Shown here piece by piece: positions 1 to 8,661 of a stretch of DNA of 33,800 nucleotides. The notes under the pieces are model-generated. The model worked only from the letters and a program-made list of their open reading frames with translations, was not told the DNA's origin and did not search any database. The stretch comes from Candidatus Subterrananammoxibius californiae. Lineage in GTDB: Bacteria; Planctomycetota; Brocadiia; Brocadiales; Subterrananammoxibiaceae. How positions within the stretch are numbered: the stretch's first letter is position 1; each line of letters begins with the position of its first letter. Made by a program: the position numbers and the translations under genes. The stretch lies in assembly GCA_030586555.1 (NCBI GenBank), contig JAURAC010000032.1, forward strand, positions 1,889 to 35,688, in the 5' to 3' direction.

Positions 1-1048
1 ACATTTTCATTATGGCATCTTTAATGGATATTACCCCTGTGTGCACAAGTTTTGTAAGAACCAAGCCAAGCGCGGTTTCTAAGCCAATAAGCCCGCCAGT
101 GCCAGCTAACACCTCTTCGTTTGTGTGAGGTGCATGGTCTGTGGCAATAACATCTACCGTACCGTCTGCAAGGGCTTTTTTTGCCGCCTCTAAATCTTCC
201 TTTGAGCGTATTGGGGGATTAGTTTTTGGCTTTCTATTCGCTGAATCTACAAAGTTTTCATCGAGCAGTATATGATGAGGGGTAATATCACAGCTTACCT
301 GTGCCTTCCCCCTGTCTTTGGCTGCGCGAATAACATCAAAAGACTTTGCCATACTAACGTGGGAGATATGGATGCGTCCATGAAACTTTTCTGCACAGCT
401 AATGTCACGAATAATAAAGTTCGTTTCATTAGTGTAGGGTGGGTCAGGAGGAAAACCCTGGTTTTGGTTTAACATCCTTTTTTCTAATGAGGAAGGCGAA
501 TCTTCGCAATGGGGACTGATAGGGATGTTACATTGTGATGCAAGTTCAAAGGCGCGCAGCATTAGTTCTTGAGTGCATACTGGATTACCGTCGTCTGATA
601 AGGCAACCATACGGTCATGAGATGCCAGCGCCTTTATATCCGTTAGTTTCTCGCTTTTTGAGCCTACTGTGATGCATGCCTTTGTATAAAGGTTAACGAT
701 GCTCTTACGCCGAGCCCTGAGCGCCACCTCTTTAACCATTTCGATATTGTCAATTGGGGGATTAGTGTTTGGTTCGCAAATAACAGTGGTAAAACCGCCC
801 TTTGCAGCAGCCCTTGAACCCGTTTCGATGGTTTCTTTGTATTCGTAGCCAGGCTCCCTGAAATGTACGTGGCAATCAATGAGGCCAGGCGCAACTATTT
901 TGCTTGATGCGTCTATGACCTCACAATCATTTGTTGGGGCAATGCGTCTTTGAATCTTTACAATCCTACCGTCTTTCACCAATATGTCACATCCGGCATC
1001 AAAACCTGATGCCGGGTCTATGACACGACCATTTTTTATCAGTAACAT
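1..1048 (-). CDS. pyrC: Dihydroorotase (3' end runs off the window; absent from the ORF track)
   Basis: Manual translation from ATG 1048: MLLIKNGRVIDPASG...PGLIDCHVHFREPG...AAAKGGFTTV...EPNTNPPID...HCED...DHAPH; purine-rich AGGAAGGA upstream. Confidence 0.9.
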   Translation of the reverse strand, partial: MLLIKNGRVIDPASGFDAGCDILVKDGRIVKIQRRIAPTNDCEVIDASSKIVAPGLIDCHVHFREPGYEYKETIETGSRAAAKGGFTTVICEPNTNPPIDNIEMVKEVALRARRKSIVNLYTKACITVGSKSEKLTDIKALASHDRMVALSDDGNPVCTQELMLRAFELASQCNIPISPHCEDSPSSLEKRMLNQNQGFPPDPPYTNETNFIIRDISCAEKFHGRIHISHVSMAKSFDVIRAAKDRGKAQVSCDITPHHILLDENFVDSANRKPKTNPPIRSKEDLEAAKKALADGTVDVIATDHAPHTNEEVLAGTGGLIGLETALGLVLTKLVHTGVISIKDAIMKM

Positions 1049-1062
1049 TGTTCCTTCCTAAT

Positions 1063-1108
1063 CCCCTCACCCAACCCTCTCCCCTGAGGGGAGAGGATAG
1101 GTGAGGGG
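1063..1108. repeat. C-rich/G-rich palindromic element, intergenic
   Basis: CCCCTCACCCAACCCTCTCCCC-TGA-GGGGAGAGGATAGGTGAGGGG; related to 14820-14866 and 31974-32016. Confidence 0.85.
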
Positions 1109-1113
1109 GTAAA

Positions 1114-1758
1114 TTAGAAAATATCCCTGACGGGACATCCGTCACAGTTCATCTTTGGCTTACAGTAGTTCTTGCCCAATTTGACGAGGAGGGCATGGTA
1201 TTCATTATAAATGGCTGGGTCGCGTGGCAGACCATCTTCAAAGAATGCCTTTATCTCATCGTAGGTACTTTCCTCTGGTATCAGCCCATGTCTTGAAAAA
1301 ATTCTATAAGTGTAAGCGTCTACGACAAATGTTGGCTTATTGGCTGCATATAGAAGGATTGAGTCGGCGGTTTCTGGTCCTATTCCTGTGAGTGAAAGAA
1401 GTTCTCTGCGAAGCGTTTGAACGTCTTGAGAAATCATCCTACTAATGTCGCCTTGGTATTGATTGAAGAACCATGTCATAAAGGTCTTGAGCCTCCTTGC
1501 CTTCATGTTAAAAAATCCTGAAGGGCGGATAAGCCTTGCCAGCTTCTGGATATTTATTTCATGTAGTTTCTCTGGGGAAAGCATGTTTGCTTTTTTCAAG
1601 TTAGTTATAGCCTTTTCTACATTTCCCCAGTTTGTGTTCTGCGCGAGGATTGCGCCAACAACAACCTCAAAGGGTGTCTCGCCGGGCCACCAGTGCTGAG
1701 GACCAAAGTGTTCAAAAAGATGATTATAGATGTGTAAAAGGCGTGCAGAGTTGTCCAT
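1114..1758 (-). CDS. Endonuclease III-like HhH-GPD DNA glycosylase
   Basis: WWP..FEVVVGAILAQNTNW, LLSLTGIGPETADSILLYA, VVDAY, C-terminal C-x6-C-x2-C. Confidence 0.88.
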   Translation of the reverse strand: MDNSARLLHIYNHLFEHFGPQHWWPGETPFEVVVGAILAQNTNWGNVEKAITNLKKANMLSPEKLHEINIQKLARLIRPSGFFNMKARRLKTFMTWFFNQYQGDISRMISQDVQTLRRELLSLTGIGPETADSILLYAANKPTFVVDAYTYRIFSRHGLIPEESTYDEIKAFFEDGLPRDPAIYNEYHALLVKLGKNYCKPKMNCDGCPVRDIF

Positions 1759-1884
1759 TAGATTCGCTTCAGGTTATCGAGCCTGCTTTGAATATATGTT
1801 GTTATTCTTTTATATTTTACCATTTCAATGGCACAAAGATTTTCAAATTAACACAGAGGTACCCTTTTGTCAAAAGAAAATCCC

Positions 1885-1906
1885 GGCAAGTCCTACGAAA
1901 CTTGCC
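1885..1906 (-). terminator. Possible intrinsic terminator
   Basis: Minus strand GGCAAGT-N8-ACTTGCC followed by GGGATTTTCTTTT. Confidence 0.45.
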
Positions 1907-2010
1907 TTTAACTCCTTCATGATGGGTTTGGATAACCTCGATTTATGTCCTCCTTGCAAGAGAGTAAATTAATACTAAAATCAACAAATTTATTGCTACT
2001 GTAACGTATT

Positions 2011-2051
2011 TTTTATTATATCCAACTATTCCAATACATCAATAACTTTTC
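2011..2051 (-). repeat. 41-bp direct repeat copy 1 containing a sigma70-like promoter
   Basis: 39/41 identical to 3254-3294; minus strand reads TTGATG-N16-TATAAT. Confidence 0.85.
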
Positions 2052-2108
2052 GTTAGAGAAACAGAGGATAATATTGTTGGGGAGCTGAATCAGGGTCGAG
2101 GTACTTTT

Positions 2109-3146
2109 TTAAGTAGATTTAATCTTTCCGGAGGACATCCTTTTATAAAAAGGTTCATTCCTACTTCCCACTTTTCTTGTTTCTAATCCGCCTGACGGTC
2201 CCAAGAATTTTATAAACTCTATAAATAATTCTTTCTGGAAATGGTAAAGCATTTCTTCCTTCATTATTTTTAACGCAGGGAATGGTTGTTTAGCTTCGGC
2301 ATAAGCCCTTCTTGTTGTCAGTGCATCGTAAACATCAATGATATGTGCTACCTTACCGAAATAACTAATCTCGTCCCCCTCGATTCCCTTTGGATAGCCC
2401 TTACGGATTGTGCAATCATAATTTTCATGATGCTGTAAAACCACAGCAAGGGATTCTTCCGAAATTTCCCCTGCCTCTTTTAAAAGACGAAACCCCTCGT
2501 CAGGGTGCTTTTTTACCGCTTCAAATTCCTCTTCCGTCAGCTTTCCCTGTTTGTTGAGGATTTTAGGGTCTATTGTCGTCTTCCCCACATCGTGAAGGAG
2601 CAATCCCACCCCTAAGGGGTTGAAGTTACATACTTCTACACTCAAATAGCGTGCAAATAATAAACCTATTATCGCAACATTTATAGAGTGAGTATATGTA
2701 TAATAATCGTAAGAAACGATACTCAATAAGTTTGTTATTGAGTTAGTATCTCTAAGGATATAATTAACCGCATTGGCAACCCAGTTCTTTGCCCTTTCTA
2801 TATTCTGTCCTGCCCTGGGCTCATCTAAAACATCCTGCATAAGGTTAGAGGCGACATCATAAACTATCTTTGCTTTTTTTGTAGAAGGGATTGTTTTGTT
2901 GGAAATGATGTTTGTTACATTAGATTCTACATACCTTAGATACTGCTTTCTTTCCTCTACACGAATAAAAAGGTTTGACAGGTTTTCCCTTAGGAGTTCC
3001 TTTTCAACCTCACCGGTTAATATTTGATTTGCTTTCCAATATAAAACAAATTTATCCTTCTTTGGAGAGAGATACAAATCACAACCTATAGATGAGCCTA
3101 TTATCAAACTTTCAGTTGCTATAGGTAAGTACTGCTCAGTAACCAT
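2109..3146 (-). CDS. HD-GYP domain cyclic-dinucleotide phosphodiesterase
   Basis: YTYTHS, LLHDVGK, HHENYD...GYP, DVYDALTTRRAY. Confidence 0.9.
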   Translation of the reverse strand: MVTEQYLPIATESLIIGSSIGCDLYLSPKKDKFVLYWKANQILTGEVEKELLRENLSNLFIRVEERKQYLRYVESNVTNIISNKTIPSTKKAKIVYDVASNLMQDVLDEPRAGQNIERAKNWVANAVNYILRDTNSITNLLSIVSYDYYTYTHSINVAIIGLLFARYLSVEVCNFNPLGVGLLLHDVGKTTIDPKILNKQGKLTEEEFEAVKKHPDEGFRLLKEAGEISEESLAVVLQHHENYDCTIRKGYPKGIEGDEISYFGKVAHIIDVYDALTTRRAYAEAKQPFPALKIMKEEMLYHFQKELFIEFIKFLGPSGGLETRKVGSRNEPFYKRMSSGKIKST

Positions 3147-3253
3147 ACCATTTCCCAGTAATTAATTTAAGTTTGCCCCCCCTTTCTTATCCTCTAATAG
3201 ATATATCGTCTTAAACCACGAAAACCTTGAGTGTACTTTAATTAGAAAGCATA

Positions 3254-3294
3254 TTTTATTATATACAACTATTCAAATACATCAATAACTTTTC
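3254..3294 (-). repeat. 41-bp direct repeat copy 2; likely promoter of the HD-GYP gene
   Basis: 39/41 identical to 2011-2051; TTGATG-N16-TATAAT about 110 bp upstream of the ATG. Confidence 0.85.
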
Positions 3295-3353
3295 AACAAG
3301 TAACGATTTAGTCGTTTGACAATGGCATAGCCTTTTGTTTAAATGGTTCTACG

Positions 3354-4130
3354 ATGTTTATACTCGACAAAATTTGTTCCCGTAAGATTAAAGAGCTTGA
3401 AGAGCGAAAAAAACAGAAGCCATTAGCAAAGTTAGAAAAGGCATTAAGTAATCTCCAACCTACAAGAGATTTTAATGAGGCAATCAAGTCCGCAGGCAGA
3501 GTAAAGCTTATTGCAGAGGTAAAGAAGGCATCTCCATCGGCAGGGGTGATTCGTGAGCCATTCAATCACGTTGAAATTGCAAGACTCTACGAACAGGGCG
3601 GGGCATCGGCGATTTCTGTTCTCACCGATGAGGAATTCTTTCAGGGGAAATTGGAATATCTGACAGAGATTAAGCAAATAGTGAAACTGCCTTTACTCAG
3701 AAAGGATTTTATCATTGACCCTTATCAGATATACGAGGCAAGGGCTGCTGGCACTGATGCAATACTTCTTATTGCCAGAATCTTATCGAATGAAAAACTT
3801 AAAGCATATCTCAAGCTTTCCTGCGAACTTGGAATGAAGTGCCTCGTAGAGGTTCATGACGCCGATGAACTAAAAAAGGTGCTGGATGCCGATGCGGCAA
3901 TAATAGGGATAAATAATAGGGATTTGCGCACGTTCAAAACGGATTTGGAAACTACCTTTAAACTGCGCCCCTTAATCCCTGAGGGAAAAACCGTCGTTAG
4001 CGAAAGCGGTATATCAACAAGAGACGATGTTGTAAGGCTAAAGGAATGCGGTATTAACGCAGTGCTTATAGGGGAGACATTAATGAGGGCATCTGATATT
4101 GTTGCAAAGATACGAGAACTATTTTCATGA
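3354..4130 (+). CDS. trpC: Indole-3-glycerol phosphate synthase
   Basis: LIAEVKKASPSAG, LRKDFIIDPYQIYEAR, IGINNRDL, VSESGI. Confidence 0.97.
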   Translation: MFILDKICSRKIKELEERKKQKPLAKLEKALSNLQPTRDFNEAIKSAGRVKLIAEVKKASPSAGVIREPFNHVEIARLYEQGGASAISVLTDEEFFQGKLEYLTEIKQIVKLPLLRKDFIIDPYQIYEARAAGTDAILLIARILSNEKLKAYLKLSCELGMKCLVEVHDADELKKVLDADAAIIGINNRDLRTFKTDLETTFKLRPLIPEGKTVVSESGISTRDDVVRLKECGINAVLIGETLMRASDIVAKIRELFS

Positions 4131-4147
4131 ATTTTTGGTAGCGTGGG

Positions 4148-4930
4148 TTAAATATCTACGTGAGTTCCATCTTTAATATAATACGCAATGTTGTTTCTTT
4201 CACAAAAAGCCATTACCGCTTTTGCTTGACTACTATAAAAGGTTTTTGCATTAGGAAAATCCTTTGTTCTGGCGCTGTAATTTAACCTTCCAAAAATAAT
4301 CTCATCCACAAAAGATACTGCATTTAAGATTTTTATTAAATCCTGCCTTATGATATTGGGCGTCGGATAAGGCTCTATACATACCCATGTCTTAAACCCC
4401 TTTTCGTGTAAATATTTCAATGACTGAATCCGTTCCACAAATTTTGTGGTATTTGGCTCAAATGCTTTCCTGAAATTTTCATCTAATGAAACAATAGTTA
4501 TGCCGTATTCATTCTCCACCATAAAATCTCTATCATTGGCAATTCCTTCCGGGTAAATACCCTTAGTAAGGGTTGTGCATGGAATATCATCATTATTTAG
4601 TCTTTTTATTATCTTTAAACTTAGTCCCCCTATCTCTTCATACCCGAACATAAACGGGTCTGTGGAAAAGCATAAATGAACCGACTTGATTTTCTTCTTA
4701 TATCTTGGAATTTCCTCTTCGAGTAATTCAAGGGCATTCTCAACAATTTTAGGATTACACCATTCTTTATAAGAGGAAATAACACCGCATCTTTTTTTCA
4801 TTAGCATGGCGTAACATGGGTATCTGCATCCATGGGAACAGCCCTCAACATGGTTGACACAAAAGTCAGCCGTTTCTACCCCACTTTTATAAAGTAATGA
4901 CTTGCGTTTAATCGTTTGCATACCGGACAC
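4148..4930 (-). CDS. Radical SAM protein, SplB/DNA-repair-photolyase-like
   Basis: GCSHGCRYPCYA Cys motif, STDPF, LTKG, FEPNT. Confidence 0.75.
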   Translation of the reverse strand: MSGMQTIKRKSLLYKSGVETADFCVNHVEGCSHGCRYPCYAMLMKKRCGVISSYKEWCNPKIVENALELLEEEIPRYKKKIKSVHLCFSTDPFMFGYEEIGGLSLKIIKRLNNDDIPCTTLTKGIYPEGIANDRDFMVENEYGITIVSLDENFRKAFEPNTTKFVERIQSLKYLHEKGFKTWVCIEPYPTPNIIRQDLIKILNAVSFVDEIIFGRLNYSARTKDFPNAKTFYSSQAKAVMAFCERNNIAYYIKDGTHVDI

Positions 4931-6045
4931 TATGTGTTTTTATTAACCTCCTCTTTTTCAATCTTTGCCACACTGCGCAGGGCGAGCCCTTCGTTCCATA
5001 AAAATAATAATCCCATTACTGTGATGGGAAAGACGCCCACCGCCCATAGGATAATCGCATAGCTCTGTGAGGAAGAGAGTCCAACCCCAAACAAATCAAG
5101 CGCCTTTTGTGTTGCAATATGAAAAACGCCGACAAAGCCCGGGGCTTGCGGCAGGATAACGGCAAAAGATACGAAAATAATAACCATGCAGGCGCCGAGA
5201 ACTGGAAGGCTTAAATTAAAAGAAAAACTCACAAAATAAGTCTCCAGTACAATAAGGACCCATATTACTGCAGTGAGTAACGTGACCTGCGCAATTTCTC
5301 CTCTGTTCTTTAAAATCGCAAAACCAGATATAAAGGAATCTATAAAGGCTGTTAGTTTATCCTTTGTTCGTGCCGGAAGTATTGAAAGATGTTTGCCAAG
5401 CCACTCCTTTACCTTATCAGGGTATCTTGCCAGGATAAAAGCCAGTACTATAATGATGCTTAATGGAATGGTGAGCGCCTTTGCCAGCTTTTTTAATTTT
5501 GCGATTGTATGTATTGTGCTTTTTGCATTTGAACTGGAAGAACCAGCATCGTGCGCTTCAATTGAGGAAATGCTCATTGGATTTGAAAGCTCTTTTTGTG
5601 TCTCGGTGGAAGGAATTGGCAGGATTGCTAAGATTATTATAGAGAAGATGATTAAAGATACGGTATCAAATGTTCGCTCCATTAGCACTGTTGCAAGAGA
5701 AGCCGATATTTTAATCTTTTCCTTTTTCCCTATCATTACTGGTTTAATTACCTCCCCAACACGTGCTGGAAGGATGCAGTTAGCCATAAATCCAATGGAC
5801 GTGGCAGAAAAAAGGCTCATAAAGGAGACCTTTTTGATAGGCTGCATCAAAATCCGCCACCTTATAGCCCTGACAACGTAACTAAGAAGCACCACTGCCG
5901 TTGCGGGCAGTAAATATATGTAGTTTGCTTCCAGGAAGGCTTCACCGAGCTGATGCCATTCAATCTTTCTGGCGAAGAGCCATGTGCAAACAGCACTTAT
6001 AATGATGCCCAGCGCTAATATTATGGTTTTCTTGTTTACTTTCAT
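4930..6045 (-). CDS. Lysylphosphatidylglycerol-synthase TM domain / UPF0104 flippase-like membrane protein
   Basis: RAIRW, ANCILPARVGE, ERTFD, PQAPGFVGVFH; many hydrophobic helices. Confidence 0.85.
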   Translation of the reverse strand: MKVNKKTIILALGIIISAVCTWLFARKIEWHQLGEAFLEANYIYLLPATAVVLLSYVVRAIRWRILMQPIKKVSFMSLFSATSIGFMANCILPARVGEVIKPVMIGKKEKIKISASLATVLMERTFDTVSLIIFSIIILAILPIPSTETQKELSNPMSISSIEAHDAGSSSSNAKSTIHTIAKLKKLAKALTIPLSIIIVLAFILARYPDKVKEWLGKHLSILPARTKDKLTAFIDSFISGFAILKNRGEIAQVTLLTAVIWVLIVLETYFVSFSFNLSLPVLGACMVIIFVSFAVILPQAPGFVGVFHIATQKALDLFGVGLSSSQSYAIILWAVGVFPITVMGLLFLWNEGLALRSVAKIEKEEVNKNT

Positions 6046-6064
6046 ATAGTCATTTTCTAACTTG

Positions 6065-6997
6065 CTACATATCGTTGAGAGAGACTATTTCCACTGTTTT
6101 GGGCTTGGAGAATCGAAAAACCTTCGAGTCAATTTGTTCATTTGTGACGATATTAGTTAAAGAAAGTATAAGTTTTGTATCGTCATCAGGCCACAAAATA
6201 ACAATCTTTTGAGGGATGACAGAATTATCAAACCGGGCATAATCATCAAAAAGCGCCTGCACCCTGATATTGCCACCCGTGCCGAAGATATCGTATCTAA
6301 TCACATTTACACCGACCCTGTCAATATAAAGATTTGCACGCAAGATTGCTATTCCATTGTTTAAATCAACGATATGAATCAACCACAAACCTGGCCATGT
6401 CTCAAGGATAGGTGTTCTGTTAACATCCTTTGTTAGGATTGTGCCGGGAGTAAGGGCATCGTTATAATTAAGGAGCATTGCTATATCATCTGGCAGGATA
6501 TTAGCACCGAGTTTTGCCGACCCGCCTGAGGCGGATATTGAGTTGCACCGACCCGTATAAATTTTTTTTTCAGAGGGCAAATATAACCAGAACGTCTCGC
6601 CATCTGTGAGCATATCAAATATGGTCGAGGTCAGCTTTGTGCCAATGAAACGCAGCTTGTTTGGTCTTTGCAGTCTAATATATCCCTCGCAAAGTAATGG
6701 ACCGCTGGTATCGGGCGTATAAAGGGTTATCTGTGCTTTTGCCTTCAAGGTTGTAAAGCTTGTGTTGTTAGAACTGAGGGTATCCTTTATTTGCTCAAGA
6801 GAGAGGTTTTGGACCGTGCCCGAGGGTTTTCTAAGCATCCAGGAAATACCCGTCAAATCACTTGCAACGGGAGGACCGGGACGCACCGCAGCGCAACCAG
6901 CAAGAAAAGGTGAAAAGGTTAAAAGGTAAAGAGGCAAAGAGGCAAAGAGGTAAAGAGGCATTAATCTTTTTACCTTTTCACCTTTTTGCCTTTTCAC
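6065..6997 (-). CDS. Lipoprotein with probable LolA-like/DUF4292 fold (start GTG 6997 preferred; ATG 6961 alternative)
   Basis: Lipobox LAG-C; beta-rich segment DGETFWLYLPSEKKIY; C-terminal NEQIDSKVFRF..P. Confidence 0.65.
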   Translation of the reverse strand: MKRQKGEKVKRLMPLYLFASLPLYLLTFSPFLAGCAAVRPGPPVASDLTGISWMLRKPSGTVQNLSLEQIKDTLSSNNTSFTTLKAKAQITLYTPDTSGPLLCEGYIRLQRPNKLRFIGTKLTSTIFDMLTDGETFWLYLPSEKKIYTGRCNSISASGGSAKLGANILPDDIAMLLNYNDALTPGTILTKDVNRTPILETWPGLWLIHIVDLNNGIAILRANLYIDRVGVNVIRYDIFGTGGNIRVQALFDDYARFDNSVIPQKIVILWPDDDTKLILSLTNIVTNEQIDSKVFRFSKPKTVEIVSLNDM

Positions 6998-7006
6998 CTT
7001 TTTACC
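6905..7006. repeat. Inverted pair of 8-bp tandem arrays
   Basis: Seven AA(A/G)AGGNN units at 6905-6960, then five complementary TTTT(T/C)(A/G)CC units at 6967-7006. Confidence 0.9.
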
Positions 7007-7013
7007 TCTTTTT

Positions 7014-7484
7014 TTAAACAATTGTTCCTGTGGACGTATCGTATATCCATGATAAGTCCATCGCCTCATATTCTACCAGTTCTGTAACGGTAAAGAATGT
7101 TTTAATCTCCTTTTCCGCAGTGCTTTCGGAATCGGAGCCGTGTATTAGATTAAAACGGTTGCTCAGGGCATAATCGCCCCGAATGGTGCCAGGCTGGGCG
7201 TCAGCGCCAAAGGTTGTCCCCATCATCTTGCGTGTAACCTCAATAGCATTCTTCCCCTTTAAAACCATCAAGACTACAGGCCCAGAGGTCATATACCTAA
7301 TAAGTGGTTCATAGAAATCCTTACCCTTATGCACACTGTAGTGCTGCCTTGCCAGAGATTCGGGGATACACGTCATCTTTAGTCCTAAGATTTGAAATCC
7401 CTTGTCTTCAAATCTTTTAATTATACCTCCTGTAAGCCTTCGCTGCACTGCATCAGGTTTAATAATTATCAAGGTCTTTTGCAT
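7014..7484 (-). CDS. ndk: Nucleoside diphosphate kinase
   Basis: TLIIIKPDAVQR, PGTIRGDY, NLIHGSDS; ATG 7484 with GGAAGG upstream. Confidence 0.97.
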   Translation of the reverse strand: MQKTLIIIKPDAVQRRLTGGIIKRFEDKGFQILGLKMTCIPESLARQHYSVHKGKDFYEPLIRYMTSGPVVLMVLKGKNAIEVTRKMMGTTFGADAQPGTIRGDYALSNRFNLIHGSDSESTAEKEIKTFFTVTELVEYEAMDLSWIYDTSTGTIV

Positions 7485-7489
7485 ATTTT

Positions 7490-7636
7490 CTATCCTTCCC
7501 ACCTGTCCGCCTTATGCGGACGAGTAGATTGTTCCTGCATCCTCACCTTTTTGCATTTAGGACAAATCCACTTTCGCTTCTTGTGAAAACTCCTTTTCGC
7601 CTCGACCATCTTTGTTTTGCATCTTGGACAAATCAT
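7490..7636 (-). CDS. Small basic zinc-ribbon protein, 48 aa (not in ORF track)
   Basis: MICPRCKTKMVEAKRSFHKKRKWICPKCKKVRMQEQSTRPHKADRWEG; two CPxC motifs; fills the gap in a co-directional gene run. Confidence 0.7.
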   Translation of the reverse strand: MICPRCKTKMVEAKRSFHKKRKWICPKCKKVRMQEQSTRPHKADRWEG

Positions 7637-7688
7637 TTACTGCCATTCCATAGCTATGTTTAGTATCGTTACAACTTTTTCTACCTAA

Positions 7689-8258
7689 TCAGGACAAGCT
7701 CTTGAGCTTCTCTTTATAAAGACTCCTCACCCTCAAGAAAAACTGCTGGTACTGCTGTGTCCTATAATCCGGAAATGTCCACGGTAAGGATTCGTACTGC
7801 TCATTCCTGTATTGTAATGTTACTTCAGCATAAATCCCTTTGCCCAGATAAATCCTGTGAGAGAAGTCCTTCGTTGAGGCTAAGACTAATTTGGCTTCAC
7901 TTATATAACCAGGGTCAAGATTAATGGGACGACTGACCCCACTCCGTCTCCCCCTTTGTGAAGGGGGGGATAAAGGGGAGGTTGCAAGGTCTTCTTCAAA
8001 CCGGCTTGTCCACAATTTAATATCAACAAGGCTATCAGGCATAATGAGCTTGTCGAAGCTAAAGAATCTTCTTTGAAGATTATCTCCCATTTCAGTCTGA
8101 TAATAATCGGTAAAATTGAAAGGGATAATGCCGCTCTTAAGGTCTATAGCGCCAAACTCCTTTTCAAGCGCTCTTTCCGCAACGTCAAAGAGTTCATTAA
8201 TCCTTGTCAACATACCAATAATCAAATTAACAGGTCGGGGTTCTTTAATATCTCCCAT
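7689..8258 (-). CDS. DUF4416 family protein
   Basis: FTDYYQTEMG, RPINLDPGY, LASTKDFSHRIYLGKGIYAE, PWTFPDY. Confidence 0.85.
   Translation of the reverse strand: MGDIKEPRPVNLIIGMLTRINELFDVAERALEKEFGAIDLKSGIIPFNFTDYYQTEMGDNLQRRFFSFDKLIMPDSLVDIKLWTSRFEEDLATSPLSPPSQRGRRSGVSRPINLDPGYISEAKLVLASTKDFSHRIYLGKGIYAEVTLQYRNEQYESLPWTFPDYRTQQYQQFFLRVRSLYKEKLKSLS
7936..7983. repeat. CCCCCTTT-N-AAGGGGG palindromic element inside the DUF4416 ORF
   Basis: Encodes TSPLSPPSQRGRRSGV; related to 10686-10730 and 16282-16326. Confidence 0.8.
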
Positions 8259-8388
8259 GAATATAGCCAATAGCCAAAAGATTTATTGTAAATTGAAAAG
8301 CGCAAATTCTTGAACCTGTCAGGAACAGGTTTAAAATTTTAAATTTACAGTTTGCATTTTACAATTGATATTTCCTATTCCCTTTTGG

Positions 8389-8619
8389 CTATTCCCTATT
8401 TTCTTGATTAGGTTTTGGCGCAGTTTGCAATTTTTCTAACCGCTTAAGTTCGCTTTGACGGAGGGTGTCTTCGAGTTCCCTATTAAGCCGTTCAGGGTCG
8501 GTTGCATTGTCAGATATGCCCTGCGATAAGCCAAACACCGTAGTCGTTCGCTCGGTCTGGCAGCCCATTAGAAATGGAATTAATATGATACAAGTAACTG
8601 AAACAAAAAGGTTCCTCAT
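8389..8619 (-). CDS. Small hypothetical lipoprotein
   Basis: Signal peptide ending LMG-C; AGGA upstream. Confidence 0.7.
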   Translation of the reverse strand: MRNLFVSVTCIILIPFLMGCQTERTTTVFGLSQGISDNATDPERLNRELEDTLRQSELKRLEKLQTAPKPNQENRE

Positions 8620-8633
8620 TATTTTCCTACCTT

Positions 8634-8661
8634 GTAGAGACGCATTGCAATGCGTCTCTAC
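8634..8661. repeat. GTAG-type REP, perfect 28-bp palindrome
   Basis: GTAGAGACGCATTGCAATGCGTCTCTAC; its terminal GTAG contains the mtnA stop codon. Confidence 0.92.

Noticed and set aside
272..894. ORFs 272-472 and 664-894
   Set aside because: Shadow frames overlapping the pyrC reading frame.
2400..2420. DCTIRK spacer before GYP as a repeat insert
   Set aside because: Only a 5-bp stem (GATTG/CAATC); could be chance.
5500..5615. Ser-rich loop in the flippase-like protein as another repeat insert
   Set aside because: No palindrome or periodicity visible in the DNA.
5273..5881. 202-aa plus-strand ORF
   Set aside because: Antisense to the flippase-like gene; no motifs.
6998..7069. N-terminal part of the 334-aa ORF call
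   Set aside because: Overlaps ndk; a downstream start gives a proper signal peptide.
7490..7636. Ribosomal protein identity for the small Cys-rich ORF
   Set aside because: I cannot match it to L28, L32, L33 or S14 signatures.
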